Source: an uncultured Oscillospiraceae bacterium | Lineage (GTDB): Bacteria > Bacillota > Clostridia > Oscillospirales > Oscillospiraceae | Reading direction: 5' to 3' | Length of the DNA: 64,000 bases | NCBI GenBank assembly: GCA_944387225.1 | Contig: CALXDY010000102.1 | Location: forward strand, 778 to 64,777 | Part shown: positions 1 through 9,484 of the stretch, piece after piece | Layout of the letters: each line of letters starts with the position of its first letter | How positions within the stretch are numbered: position 1 is the first letter of the stretch | Made by a program: the position numbers and the translations under genes | The notes under the pieces: model-generated | Database searches by the model: none | Told to the model about the DNA's origin: nothing | What the model saw: only the letters and a program-made list of their open reading frames with translations

Positions 1-2
1 AA

Positions 3-1031
3 GATGATTTTTGGGCTCAGAAAAAGAATAGTAATTATGCAACGCTGATATCCATTTCAAACCTTTGTACTTTTTCACCATTTTCTTTACATATCAAGAA
101 TCGACAATCGTGGATCGACTTTTGCTATCCGCAGCTTGAATTTCAAGAGCCACGAGAGCCACGCCGGAGAATATCCACAGCAGTGATTTGTATTGCTGGT
201 AAAGCCGGGGCCGGAAAGACCACAGTGGCAAACTATCTGAAGGAACAGTACCTGTGTCAAAGGTATTCTGTGAGTGATTTTTTAAAGGCTGAGTTAAAGC
301 GAAGGGGTTTCACTGAAATGAACCGCTCCGATCTCCAAGATCTCGGGGAGGAGTATATTCGTTCTGGCTGGGATCATTTCTGCCATGATTTTATAGATTT
401 TGTCGATTGGGATAAACAGAATCCTCTTATTATTGACGGTGTGCGCCATACTGGATTTCTGCGAGCACTCTCATCTTGGACATATCCTGTGCCTGTCTGT
501 TGTATATATCTTTCTGCAAATGGGGAAACGATTGCCCGTAATATTCAAAATCGTGGGAGTGAAATCGTTGATAGCTCCCGCTTGGCAGAAGGGGATCAGC
601 TAAAATTAGAGCACAGTGCTGATTTAGTCATAGAAGTCAACGGAAAAAGTATTCCAGAAATTGGAGAGGAAATTGCCGTTTTTTTAAGTCAGCGTCTCCC
701 ACAGTATGGAAAGAACGACAATAATACTCTTATTTCTGATTTGTCGTCCTATTTAGACTTTTTTAACGAATTACGCGGGTGGAAAAAATTTCATAACCCA
801 AGAGATTTGTCGCTAAGTATTTCTCTTGAGGCTTCAGAATTGTTGGAGATATTTCAGTGGAGTGGTACTGGAAAGAACAAATTGACTCAGACGCAGATTG
901 AGAAAATCAGTGAAGAGCTGGCAGATGTCATGATTTACTGTATTGATTTAGCCAATGCATGTAATTTGGACATTACAAAAACTATTATGGATAAAGTGCA
1001 AAAGAATAGGTTAAAATATCCAGAAAAGTGA
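3..1031 (+). CDS. 5'-truncated fusion: putative ASCH/PUA-like C-terminal segment + P-loop nucleotide kinase + MazG-like nucleotide pyrophosphohydrolase
   Basis: Frame 3 is open from base 3 (DDFWAQKKNSNYATLISISNL...KNRQSW) into the listed ORF 183..1031, so the true start is outside the window. Walker A GKAGAGKTT and IIDGVR are NMP/dephospho-CoA-kinase-like. C-terminal W..FHNPRDL...EASELLEIFQW...EELADV...KN..KYP is MazG-like (dCTPase type). AT-rich. Confidence 0.8.
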   Translation, partial: DDFWAQKKNSNYATLISISNLCTFSPFSLHIKNRQSWIDFCYPQLEFQEPREPRRRISTAVICIAGKAGAGKTTVANYLKEQYLCQRYSVSDFLKAELKRRGFTEMNRSDLQDLGEEYIRSGWDHFCHDFIDFVDWDKQNPLIIDGVRHTGFLRALSSWTYPVPVCCIYLSANGETIARNIQNRGSEIVDSSRLAEGDQLKLEHSADLVIEVNGKSIPEIGEEIAVFLSQRLPQYGKNDNNTLISDLSSYLDFFNELRGWKKFHNPRDLSLSISLEASELLEIFQWSGTGKNKLTQTQIEKISEELADVMIYCIDLANACNLDITKTIMDKVQKNRLKYPEK

Positions 1032-1259
1032 AAAGAGAACGGGACATAATAATATATATGAGCCTGAATCTTTTTTGCTAACAGGAGACAAAAGAGGATA
1101 ATCCGAACTGTATCTTCCCTGTGGGGGATGCATTCGGATTTCTTCCTCCTAGCCAAAGGAAGTTCCCGTTTCCGATTTGTTTTTGTCGAATTTCGGAGTG
1201 TGATAGGGACCATAACAGTTCTTTTACAGCCCTCCTTCTATATTCGTTTTTGGTACAAA

Positions 1260-1400
1260 TCACTGCTTGCAGGCCCTCACTTCACCTTTTGCCTCCTGAC
1301 CTGCTCCGGCCTGCCACTGAGCAAATCGACGTTGCCCTTTTTCGCTGGCGTAAATTTTTTAATTTCCGGCAGGCGGCACACAGGCCAACGCCTCTATCTT
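1260..1400 (-). pseudogene. Frameshifted remnant of a small Clostridial mobile-element protein
   Basis: Minus strand reads IEALA.../LPEIKK/YASEKGQRRFAQWQA...* across frame breaks. It resembles, from memory, short ORFs seen on Clostridial mobilisable elements. Confidence 0.3.
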
Positions 1401-1900
1401 ATGTCAGTACCATATGTTCGGCCCACAACTCATGGCTGAAATTGGCGATGTGCGCCGTTTCCACCCCAAGAAGACTTTGGTGCCCTTTGTCGGGATTGAT
1501 GTCCCTCCTTACCAGTCTGGTCAAATGAACATCCATAGCCGTAGCATCTCCAAGCCCGGATCGGCTGCTCTGCGCAGAACTTTATTCCTTGTGGTGGGCA
1601 TTTATCTGCAAAACGCGCCTCTGGACAAACCTGTGCACCAATTCATGGACAAAAGTGTTCCAAAGAAAACCCTTACCGGGTCTACATGATGGCTTCCGCC
1701 AACAAGTTACTGCACATCTATTACGCCTCGATAACTACTTATCTAAATCTAAAGACACAGGCGGGGACCTGATCTCATACTAATCATTTCTTTGGCCGAC
1801 TGCCATTTCAGATTTGAATCGCTCAGCAGTCTGGTTTTATGTGGCCTTTTTCCCTAATTAGAAATCTTGAAATATCTACTTGACTTTTGTTAGCAGGTCT
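1400..1900 (+). mobile_element. IS110-family transposase remnant (C-terminal part, frameshifted) with right end
   Basis: GPQLMAEIGDVRRF...GIDVPPYQSG...SISKPGSAALRRTLF, then a frame break near 1660, then PYRVYMMASANKLLHIYY (stop 1770-1772). N-terminal DEDD domain absent. Ends TTGACTTTTGTTAGCAGGTCT, which resembles Clostridial IS110 termini as I recall them. Confidence 0.8.
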
Positions 1901-2032
1901 TTTCGTAGCTAAACTTGTCAGTGTGGTGGGTTCAGAAATGGCTTTAAAAAGCAGAAATATAAATCACTTAAAACATCAAATCCATTGGGGTACAAGGCTT
2001 TGGGGTGTGTATCTTTTTCGGCAACGAAAGAC

Positions 2033-2070
2033 AAAAATCCGTCAAAATCTTGTGATTTTGGCGGATTTTT
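2033..2070. terminator. Inverted repeat / terminator-like hairpin near the island boundary
   Basis: AAAAATCCGTCAAAATC-TTGT-GATTTTGGCGGATTTTT. Confidence 0.55.
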
Positions 2071-2145
2071 CTTAACTTTTATGATACTATATGTCCAAGA
2101 TAATTCCGAAACGTGCAAGGGCTTGATATGCGGGAGGACAGACGC

Positions 2146-2505
2146 ATGGTCTTTAAGGGATTTCCCTACTATTGGGGCGCGATTGCAACCACGAAATGTA
2201 TAAAGGCGATTCTGTTTGCGTTCCTGCCCAGGAAGGACAAGGACCAGGTTGCTCTGAATGCCTGCACCGGATGGGTCAGGCATATGGGAAGATTCTACGA
2301 AAACAGGACTTACGCATTTGTATTGGATATGCAGCTGACCAAAGGCGAGGCGGAAGTTTTGCTGCTGGATCAGAAAAAGCAGCAGATATTGAAACTCAGC
2401 AGCCAAGCTCCCTCTCAGTCGATTTATTTGGAGGGTAAAACCAGCCGATACTACCTGCAGTGGAAGTTTCAGCACGCTTCCGGGAAGTGTGAACTGCGCT
2501 GGTAA
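2146..2505 (+). CDS. Hypothetical protein
   Basis: ORF with GGAGG RBS ahead of ATG 2146; no motif recognised. Confidence 0.6.
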   Translation: MVFKGFPYYWGAIATTKCIKAILFAFLPRKDKDQVALNACTGWVRHMGRFYENRTYAFVLDMQLTKGEAEVLLLDQKKQQILKLSSQAPSQSIYLEGKTSRYYLQWKFQHASGKCELRW

Positions 2506-2571
2506 AACGTAACTGTCCGTGAATACCGGTGCCGATGTACCCCATTTTTGTTTTGATTGAGGTAACGAAGT

Positions 2572-3144
2572 ATGGTGATAGAGACAAAACGGCTGATCCT
2601 GCGTCCCTTTCTGGAGGGCGACGCGGCGGATGTCTATGAATATCTGAAAGCGCCTGCTGTCAACTGCTTTGTCAGTATGAAGCTGCACTCTCTGGACGAG
2701 GCCAGGAAAGAAATGAAGAAGCGCCTTGGTGAGACAGAGTACTATTTCGCCATCACCCTGAGAGACGGGGGCAAGGTAATTGGAGAGATCAACGCCTATC
2801 CAGAGACAGGCGAGCCTCACGGGGATGAGAACGCTGTGCGGGATACCTTCAGCCCCTGCTGGATGATGAACAAGAACTTTCAGGGCAAAGGGTATGCCTT
2901 CGAGGCAGCCCATGCGTTCTTTGACTACCTTTTCTCCCAAAAAGGCGCAAGGCGTATTTATGCCTATACCGAGGACTACAACCTTTCCAGTCAGCACTTA
3001 TGCGAAAAGTTGGGAATGCGCCGCGAGGGAACATTCCTGGAGTTTATCTCCTTCGTTTCAAATCCCGATGGCACACCCAAGTATGAAAACACCGTGCAGT
3101 ATGCCATCCTCAAAAAAGAATGGGAGTTACAGCGCTCCAATTAG
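2572..3144 (+). CDS. GNAT N-acetyltransferase (RimJ/RimL type)
   Basis: IETKRLILRPF, QGKGYAFEA acetyl-CoA motif, N..SQHLCEKLGMRREG. Confidence 0.9.
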   Translation: MVIETKRLILRPFLEGDAADVYEYLKAPAVNCFVSMKLHSLDEARKEMKKRLGETEYYFAITLRDGGKVIGEINAYPETGEPHGDENAVRDTFSPCWMMNKNFQGKGYAFEAAHAFFDYLFSQKGARRIYAYTEDYNLSSQHLCEKLGMRREGTFLEFISFVSNPDGTPKYENTVQYAILKKEWELQRSN

Positions 3145-3359
3145 ACCATACACCTGTCACGCTTCACTTCCCAGCTTGTCACGTCTGCTCAAGCAATCTA
3201 CAGCACTTGCTTCTCCCCTTTTAGGGGGAATCTATTCCATTCATAGACGCCAGAAACATTTCCCGGGAACAGATTACACCCCCTGAATTCCAAACAATTC
3301 AGAGGGTGCATCTTACAAGTATAAAACGGGTAAGACTGGTGAACAGAGGGGCTGGACCG

Positions 3360-3740
3360 TCACACACCGTTTCCCCCGGAGAACTCCACCTCCAGTTGTC
3401 GTTCGGGCTGTCCAATGTACTGCCGGGACTCCTGGAGCCGCTGCTCCATTTCCGCAATTTCTTTCTGGATCTGCCGGCGGTTTTTCCCACGGTTCATCTG
3501 CAAAAAGAGATGATACCGCTCCTGCAGGGTTTCTTTCCTGGGCGGAAATGTGATGACATCGTCCCCGATTCGATTCCCCTCCAGTTCGTTCCGACAGATT
3601 TCGTCGTCCATGACCGCCATATACAGGGCATACCGGGTAAATTCTTTAAGCGGCATACGGATCATCCAATTCCGCCAGAAGGCCGCGCCGACTACCACCG
3701 CCAGGCCGCTTAAGGCCGCAATTTTAGAACCGATTTTCAT
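3360..3740 (-). CDS. Hypothetical protein with N-terminal membrane anchor
   Basis: 126-aa ORF directly downstream of 3747..4262; hydrophobic N-terminus. Confidence 0.65.
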   Translation of the reverse strand: MKIGSKIAALSGLAVVVGAAFWRNWMIRMPLKEFTRYALYMAVMDDEICRNELEGNRIGDDVITFPPRKETLQERYHLFLQMNRGKNRRQIQKEIAEMEQRLQESRQYIGQPERQLEVEFSGGNGV

Positions 3741-3746
3741 CTTTCG

Positions 3747-4262
3747 TTATCCTCCAATATTCCGCAGCTTTAGCTCAGATTTTTGTTCTATGAATTGCCG
3801 GAATTCTGACAGACTGCCGCCCTTCAATGCCGCTTTCTCGATAGCCATAGCATGATTCTTTCCCATTACAAAAACCAGATAATCCCCGGTCTCCGCCAGG
3901 GCAAGAATGTTATCATACGTCCACTTGGATTCCGACACACCGGTTTTCACCAAGAAATAGTCCGAATAAAATTCCACATCTGCCAAATCCGTGCCCGGCA
4001 AAACCTTGCGTTTTGCAAAATAGCCGTTTAGTGCATCCTCTTTCCAGTTGATCAGCAGCAAAGCTGCAATCACCGCACAGCTTGCTCCTGTCCGCCAAAT
4101 ATTCCCCCAGGACAGCCAGAGAGTCACCAGGAGCAGGCCAATAATAATCCAGGCATAGATGTGAACCCTTCGGCTTGTTTTGGCCCGAACCGTCTTCCGA
4201 ACCGCCCGGGCCATGGCCTCCAACGCCTTTTGGTTGTATGTTATATGACTGGCAAATTCCAT
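3747..4262 (-). CDS. YcxB-family membrane protein
   Basis: Two TM helices, then FYSDYF...W.Y..I...ET.DYLVF...AIEK; GGAGG RBS before ATG 4262. Confidence 0.75.
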   Translation of the reverse strand: MEFASHITYNQKALEAMARAVRKTVRAKTSRRVHIYAWIIIGLLLVTLWLSWGNIWRTGASCAVIAALLLINWKEDALNGYFAKRKVLPGTDLADVEFYSDYFLVKTGVSESKWTYDNILALAETGDYLVFVMGKNHAMAIEKAALKGGSLSEFRQFIEQKSELKLRNIGG

Positions 4263-4410
4263 AGGCACCTCCCAGGTCGTCCCGCCGTCGATTTAGTCAT
4301 CTTTCTTACTACAATAGCAGACAGATATACATTTGAGATAAACATTTTCTTAAATATTCTTGAGATTACTCCGTCCGCACTGACTGAACACCGGTAAACA
4401 CGCTTCCCCG

Positions 4411-4439
4411 TTGTGCTTTGGTACCGTTCCGCTTATAAT
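4411..4439 (+). promoter_or_regulatory. sigma-A promoter of the cat operon
   Basis: TTGTGC-17bp-TATAAT. Confidence 0.6.
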
Positions 4440-4479
4440 GAACGCGAAGCCAACACAAAGGTAAGGAGGAGCAAAGCCG

Positions 4480-5109
4480 ATGACATTCACCCCCATTGAC
4501 CGGGAGCACTGGGCCCGGAAGGAATATTTTGACCACTACGTTTCCCAGATTCCCTGCACCTACAGCGCTGTGTTTCAGCTGGACATCACCCGCATCCGGC
4601 AGCTGGGACAGAAGCTGTATCCCACCATGCTGTACCACATCACCGGGGAGGTCAACCGCCGGGATGAGTTCCGCACCGCCTTCAATGGGGCGGGGCAACT
4701 GGGTATCTATGACCGGATGCACCCCTGCTACACCGTCTTTCACCCGGAGAGTGAGACCTTCTCCAACCTCTGGACGGAGTACGACCCCGATTATGAGACC
4801 TTTTGCGCCTCTTACCTGCGGGATGTAGCCGAGTATGGCAAAAATCCCGGTATGGAGGGCAAGCCGGGCACCCCGGAAAACACATTCCCGGTATCCATGC
4901 TCCCCTGGGCCAGCTTCCACGGGTTCAACCTGAATTTGCAGAAGGGCTATGACTTTCTGCTGCCCATCTTTACGATGGGGAAGTACCATGAAGAGGGCGG
5001 CAAACTTCTGCTGCCCCTGGCCGTGCAGGTACACCACGGGGTATGCGACGGATTTCATCTGTGTCGTTTTGTCAACAGCCTGCAGCAGCGGCTGGAAGGG
5101 AGAGGATAA
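4480..5109 (+). CDS. cat: Type A chloramphenicol O-acetyltransferase, CatP/CatD-like
   Basis: W.RKEYFDHY, SMLPW..F.GFNLNLQKGYD.L.PIFTMGKY, catalytic QVHHGVCDGFH. Confidence 0.92.
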   Translation: MTFTPIDREHWARKEYFDHYVSQIPCTYSAVFQLDITRIRQLGQKLYPTMLYHITGEVNRRDEFRTAFNGAGQLGIYDRMHPCYTVFHPESETFSNLWTEYDPDYETFCASYLRDVAEYGKNPGMEGKPGTPENTFPVSMLPWASFHGFNLNLQKGYDFLLPIFTMGKYHEEGGKLLLPLAVQVHHGVCDGFHLCRFVNSLQQRLEGRG

Positions 5110-5112
5110 ACC

Positions 5113-5856
5113 ATGATCTTCTATTTTTCCGGAACCGGCAACTCAGCGTGGGCAGCCCGGCAGTTGGCCAAACTCACCGGGGATACGGCCTATGATATCA
5201 CGAGCCTTAATGAACGACCGGACATAGACAACGCCAAGCAGATCGGTTTTGTATTCCCGGTCTACGCCTGGGGCGCGCCGGAGATCATGGCAGAGTTTGC
5301 GAAAAAGCTGCCCCAGCCCCAGGCGTTCACCTTCGGTGTCTGCACCTGCGGCGCAGACGCAGGCCTTGCCATGAAGCAGTTTTCCAAGGTGTACCCCCTC
5401 AGCAGCAGCTATAGCCTGGTGATGCCCAACAACTACATCATTGGCTCTGACACCGACAATGAAGATGAGATTCTTCCGAAGCTTACCGCCGCGCGTTCTG
5501 AACTGGAGCGGATTTCTGGGGAGATCCGGCGCCAGAATTGGGTGTACCGTGTCCATGAGGGCGGGCTGGCCGGTGTAAAATCCCACCTTGTCAACTTTGG
5601 GTTCAACAGATTTGCCCGAAGCACCAAGCCCTTCTTTGCCGAGGACAGCTGCAACGGCTGCGGCCTGTGTATGAGAAGCTGCCCGGCCCATGCCATTACC
5701 CTCCAAGATGGTAAGCCCGTCTGGGCGGTACAGTGCTACCAGTGCCTGCGCTGCATCAACCACTGCCCCCAACAGGCCATCCAATACGGAAAGTCTACGG
5801 CTGGACGGCGCCGCTACACCATCCATTCCTATTTACCCCAGGACGAGCAATTCTGA
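5113..5856 (+). CDS. EFR1-type flavodoxin/ferredoxin fusion
   Basis: YFSGTGNS flavodoxin motif; CNGCGLCMRSCP and CYQCLRCINHCP 4Fe-4S motifs. Confidence 0.9.
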   Translation: MIFYFSGTGNSAWAARQLAKLTGDTAYDITSLNERPDIDNAKQIGFVFPVYAWGAPEIMAEFAKKLPQPQAFTFGVCTCGADAGLAMKQFSKVYPLSSSYSLVMPNNYIIGSDTDNEDEILPKLTAARSELERISGEIRRQNWVYRVHEGGLAGVKSHLVNFGFNRFARSTKPFFAEDSCNGCGLCMRSCPAHAITLQDGKPVWAVQCYQCLRCINHCPQQAIQYGKSTAGRRRYTIHSYLPQDEQF

Positions 5857-5866
5857 GGAGCCCACA

Positions 5867-6310
5867 GTTAAGGATCTTTTATCAATTGCAATTCTCATTT
5901 TTATCCTCATGGAATCGGCCAATGTGGCCATTCTCTATTTCTGGCCGGGCAGCCGGCTGGGAAATGGCGTCGCTGTGTTCAACGCCTATTTCCATCCCGG
6001 GAGTGAGGAACAGCGGTTGTTCACCTCCTATCTGGTGAACTGGGTAGCCGGTGTGAAGCTGATTTTCATTTTCCTGCTGGCGGTAATCCTGGTTATCGGC
6101 ACAGAACGGGTAAAGCTATGGGCGGTGGTGGCCATGATTCTTTCCATCGCTACCTACTTTTGGCGGCTGCATCCCACCATCAAAAAGCTGGACGCCATGG
6201 GCTGCATCACTCCCAAGGGCTATTCCAAGGTCCTGGACTGGATGATCACTGGATTTCTCATCCTGTTTATCCTGGCCTTGATCGGGCATATCCTGATGGG
6301 GGTGATCTGA
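5867..6310 (+). CDS. Integral membrane protein (start uncertain)
   Basis: Four hydrophobic segments. RBS GAGGAG (5855-5860) precedes an in-frame GTT at 5867; first in-frame ATG is at 5909. Confidence 0.65.
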   Translation, partial: VKDLLSIAILIFILMESANVAILYFWPGSRLGNGVAVFNAYFHPGSEEQRLFTSYLVNWVAGVKLIFIFLLAVILVIGTERVKLWAVVAMILSIATYFWRLHPTIKKLDAMGCITPKGYSKVLDWMITGFLILFILALIGHILMGVI

Positions 6311-6312
6311 GT

Positions 6313-7026
6313 ATGAATGGAAGGCCAATGTCCCGGCGCAAAAAATGGCTTGCCGCCGGAGGAGCCCTTCTTCTGATCCTAGCCGTTCTGGCGGGAGCAT
6401 TTTTCTGGTATGTGTCCGATTACTACCGGGCAGAGGACGCAGCCCTTGAGGTGTTGGCCCAGGGCAGCGGCATCTCCCAGCAGGACAATCTGACCATCTT
6501 GTCCCCCACTGTTTCCACCGATACTGCCATCATTTTCTATCCCGGCGCCAAGGTGGAGGCGGAAGCCTACCTGCCTCTTCTGGATCAGATCCGTCAAACG
6601 GGAGTTGCCTGCATCTTAGTGCACATGCCTTTCCACATGGCGATTTTTGATGCCAACGCGGCGGAAGAGGTCATCGCCCGGTTCCCGGAGTACCAGCACT
6701 GGTACATGGCGGGGCACTCCATGGGCGGCGCCATGGCCTCCAAATTCGCCTCCGACCATCCCAATCTGGTCGACGGACTTATTTTGATGGGGGCCTACAT
6801 CTACGGCGACTATCCGGACGAAAAGGCCTTGACCATCTACGGCTCTCTCAACCAGAGCGTAGAGGATCACATCGACTACACAGAGAACATCGTGGAAATT
6901 GAGGGCGGCAATCATGCCCAATTTGGCAACTATGGTCCTCAAAAGGGAGATCTTCCCGCCGCTATTTCTTCGGAAGAACAGCAACGGCAGACCGTGGAGG
7001 CCATCGAGGCATTTCTGCGTGAGTAA
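6313..7026 (+). CDS. Alpha/beta-fold hydrolase with N-terminal anchor
   Basis: FYPGAKV, nucleophile GHSMGG, GGNHAQFG catalytic His. Confidence 0.88.
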   Translation: MNGRPMSRRKKWLAAGGALLLILAVLAGAFFWYVSDYYRAEDAALEVLAQGSGISQQDNLTILSPTVSTDTAIIFYPGAKVEAEAYLPLLDQIRQTGVACILVHMPFHMAIFDANAAEEVIARFPEYQHWYMAGHSMGGAMASKFASDHPNLVDGLILMGAYIYGDYPDEKALTIYGSLNQSVEDHIDYTENIVEIEGGNHAQFGNYGPQKGDLPAAISSEEQQRQTVEAIEAFLRE

Positions 7027-7042
7027 AATTCCCAACCTTGAG

Positions 7043-7078
7043 AACAGGTCGGATCCCATACCGGATCCGACCTGTTTT
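7043..7078. terminator. Bidirectional intrinsic terminator
   Basis: AACAGGTCGGATCC-N6-GGATCCGACCTGTT between convergent genes; second hairpin at 7088-7114. Confidence 0.75.
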
Positions 7079-7138
7079 ATGCAAAAATGTGGGTGCCCTT
7101 TTTGGGCACCCACATTCCAAACCTATTTTCTACAATGT

Positions 7139-8035
7139 CTAATGGTCATTTTCTTTTCCGCAATATGCCTGTTGGACATTTTTGATGTGCTGATGGAACG
7201 CCTCCACCACTGGGGTCAATGCCTGGTCCTTTTTCCAAACCAGCACTGTTCCCGTCTCCATAGCCGGAGAAAGGGGCAGAAACCGGAGATCGTCAAAGGC
7301 CAGGTTCAGGTCAAAGCCCAGGGCTGCCCCCACACCGCAGCGCACCATATTTGCGGCGTTGAGGATCAGGTTAAAGGTGGCGGCAATCCGCAGACGATCC
7401 CAGCCATCCCCAAACCAGTTGGCCAACTCCCGCTGTACGATCTCCCGCCCACTGACCAGCAGGGGGATTGATTCCAAATCCCGCGGCGTAACCGCTTCCA
7501 ACTCCGCCAAGGGAGAGTCCTTCCGCACCAGCACACCCCAGCGGTCCTTCTCGTGCATGCGGCAGAAGGCATATTTACCCACATCTACCGGCTCCGTCAG
7601 CAGCCCCATATCCAGCAACCCCATGTCCAGCCGGTCCTTTACATCGTCGGCGTTGGCGCTGAAAATCCGAAACGTGACCTTTGGGCAGCGTTCCTGGAAG
7701 GTACGGATGGCCTGAGAGAGGAAGGTCATGCTCCGGGTCTCCCCTGCACCGATGGCGATTTCCCCCATCAGTTCCTTCTCCCGGGAAGCAAACTCCCGGG
7801 CTGTTTTGTCCGCCAAGTCCACCAGTTCCTGTGCCCGGCGACGCAGCAGCATTCCCTCATCGGTCAAAACAATATGGTATCGGCTGCGAAAAAAAAGCTG
7901 TACCCCCAGCTCCTCCTCCAGCTGCATCAGCTGCCGGGACAGAGTGGGCTGGGTCAGATGGAGCAGAGCGGCGGCCTTGGTAATGTTCTCCTCCTGGGCG
8001 ACCGCCAGGAAGTATCTTAAAACACGAAGTTCCAT
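7139..8035 (-). CDS. LysR-family transcriptional regulator
   Basis: MELRVLRYFLAVAQEENITKAA..LHLTQPTLSRQL..LEEELG HTH; divergent from a flavodoxin gene. Confidence 0.95.
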   Translation of the reverse strand: MELRVLRYFLAVAQEENITKAAALLHLTQPTLSRQLMQLEEELGVQLFFRSRYHIVLTDEGMLLRRRAQELVDLADKTAREFASREKELMGEIAIGAGETRSMTFLSQAIRTFQERCPKVTFRIFSANADDVKDRLDMGLLDMGLLTEPVDVGKYAFCRMHEKDRWGVLVRKDSPLAELEAVTPRDLESIPLLVSGREIVQRELANWFGDGWDRLRIAATFNLILNAANMVRCGVGAALGFDLNLAFDDLRFLPLSPAMETGTVLVWKKDQALTPVVEAFHQHIKNVQQAYCGKENDH

Positions 8036-8189
8036 GCGAGATCCCTCCTGCCCTTATCCTACCATTCCCGCCCCCCTCCCGCAAGGCAGAAATACCCACG
8101 CCGAATAACTGCAAATTGAAAATGAGCATTTTACATTTCTGGTCACTGGATTTACAATGGTATTAACCATGCGTAAGGAGGTCGTTCAA

Positions 8190-8666
8190 ATGAATGCATT
8201 GGTTGCTTATTTTTCCGCTACCGGCACCACCGCCAAGGCGGCGAAGGCTCTGGCAAACGCTGTGGGCGGGGAGCTCTATGAGATCAAACCCGCCATCCCG
8301 TACACCAGTGCCGACCTGAACTGGATGGACAAGAACTCCCGCTCCAGTGTGGAAATGAAGGATGTCAATTCCCGCCCGGCTTTGGCCGACAAGGATGCCC
8401 CGGTATCCAAGTATGATGTGATCTTCCTGGGCTTCCCCGTATGGTGGTATGTGGCCCCCACCATTCTGAACACCTTCCTGGAGAACTATGACTTTGCCGG
8501 CAAGACCATCGTCCTCTTCGCCACCTCCGGCAGCAGCGGCCTGGGCAAGTCTGCGGCCGGTCTGCGTCCCAGCGCTCCCGGCGCCAAAATTGTGGATGGC
8601 CGAATGCTCAACGGCCCCCTGAACGAGGCGGAGCTGAAGACCTGGGCGGAAGGGCTGAAGCTGTAA
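8190..8666 (+). CDS. Flavodoxin
   Basis: LVAYFSATGTT, FLGFPVWWYVAP, FATSG; AAGGAGG RBS. Confidence 0.9.
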   Translation: MNALVAYFSATGTTAKAAKALANAVGGELYEIKPAIPYTSADLNWMDKNSRSSVEMKDVNSRPALADKDAPVSKYDVIFLGFPVWWYVAPTILNTFLENYDFAGKTIVLFATSGSSGLGKSAAGLRPSAPGAKIVDGRMLNGPLNEAELKTWAEGLKL

Positions 8667-8831
8667 GAATCCGGGTGTCTATCTCAGTCTGAGATGGGCA
8701 CCCGGTTTGTCATATTTTCCGTCTCATTTTTTGCAACCCGTAAGAGATATGGTTGAATATTGTGGCATGTTTTTGTATCATAAAAGTGTTTCCTATAGTT
8801 CTCACCCAAAAACATGTACCGGGAGTATAAA

Positions 8832-9317
8832 ATGAAAAAAACAATTCTTCACCCCGTAGGAATGCTGGTATGCGGTTTTACATTGGGGGTCCTCAGCCGC
8901 ATACTGGATCTATACACGGAAAATTGGGGAAACGTGTTTTCTCAGCTGGCCATCTGGATCCTATTGGGTGTTCTGATCTCCATATACAGTCCCAGCAAGG
9001 GGGCAGCCATGGCAAACATTCTCCCCTTCTGCCTGGGAATGCTGCTGACCTATTATGGGACAGCCATGTTGACCAATGGGGTTTACAGCCGAATCTATAT
9101 AGCAGGATGGACGGTTTTTGCTCTCTGCTCTCCTCTGTTTGCCTGCTTCGCCTGGATTACAAAGGAAAAGGGGCTGTTCCCCAAAATCATCGGCGCAGGT
9201 ATCGTTTTGGTATCGGCCTTATCCAGCATTCTTCTTTTTGACGGGTTTCGCTTTTATGATTGGATCATAGACGGACTTCTGATTTACTTTCTGTTTTTTG
9301 CGCGGGTGGAGCGATGA
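8832..9317 (+). CDS. Integral membrane protein (DUF6518-like)
   Basis: Multiple TM helices; GGGAG RBS before ATG 8832. Confidence 0.65.
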   Translation: MKKTILHPVGMLVCGFTLGVLSRILDLYTENWGNVFSQLAIWILLGVLISIYSPSKGAAMANILPFCLGMLLTYYGTAMLTNGVYSRIYIAGWTVFALCSPLFACFAWITKEKGLFPKIIGAGIVLVSALSSILLFDGFRFYDWIIDGLLIYFLFFARVER

Positions 9318-9484
9318 ATGGGACTCCTCCGTTTTTCCTTCCCCCTGGCCCCGCACATTGGGGATATCCCATCGGTTACCGGCGTGCTGCAATACCCGCA
9401 CCGCAGCGATTACCCTTGAAATTTTAGGCTCGGCCAGCACCCGAAAGGGACTGGCCATGATACCATGGACGGGAGGTGTCAGTC

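Noticed and set aside
147-163. Tandem GAGCCACG(A) duplication
   Set aside because: Two 9-bp units in an interdomain linker (EPR-EPR); too short to be meaningful.
9314-9427. Short ORF MNGTPPFF... overlapping the stop of the DUF6518-like gene
   Set aside because: 37 codons, Pro-rich, no recognisable motif; cannot be supported as coding.
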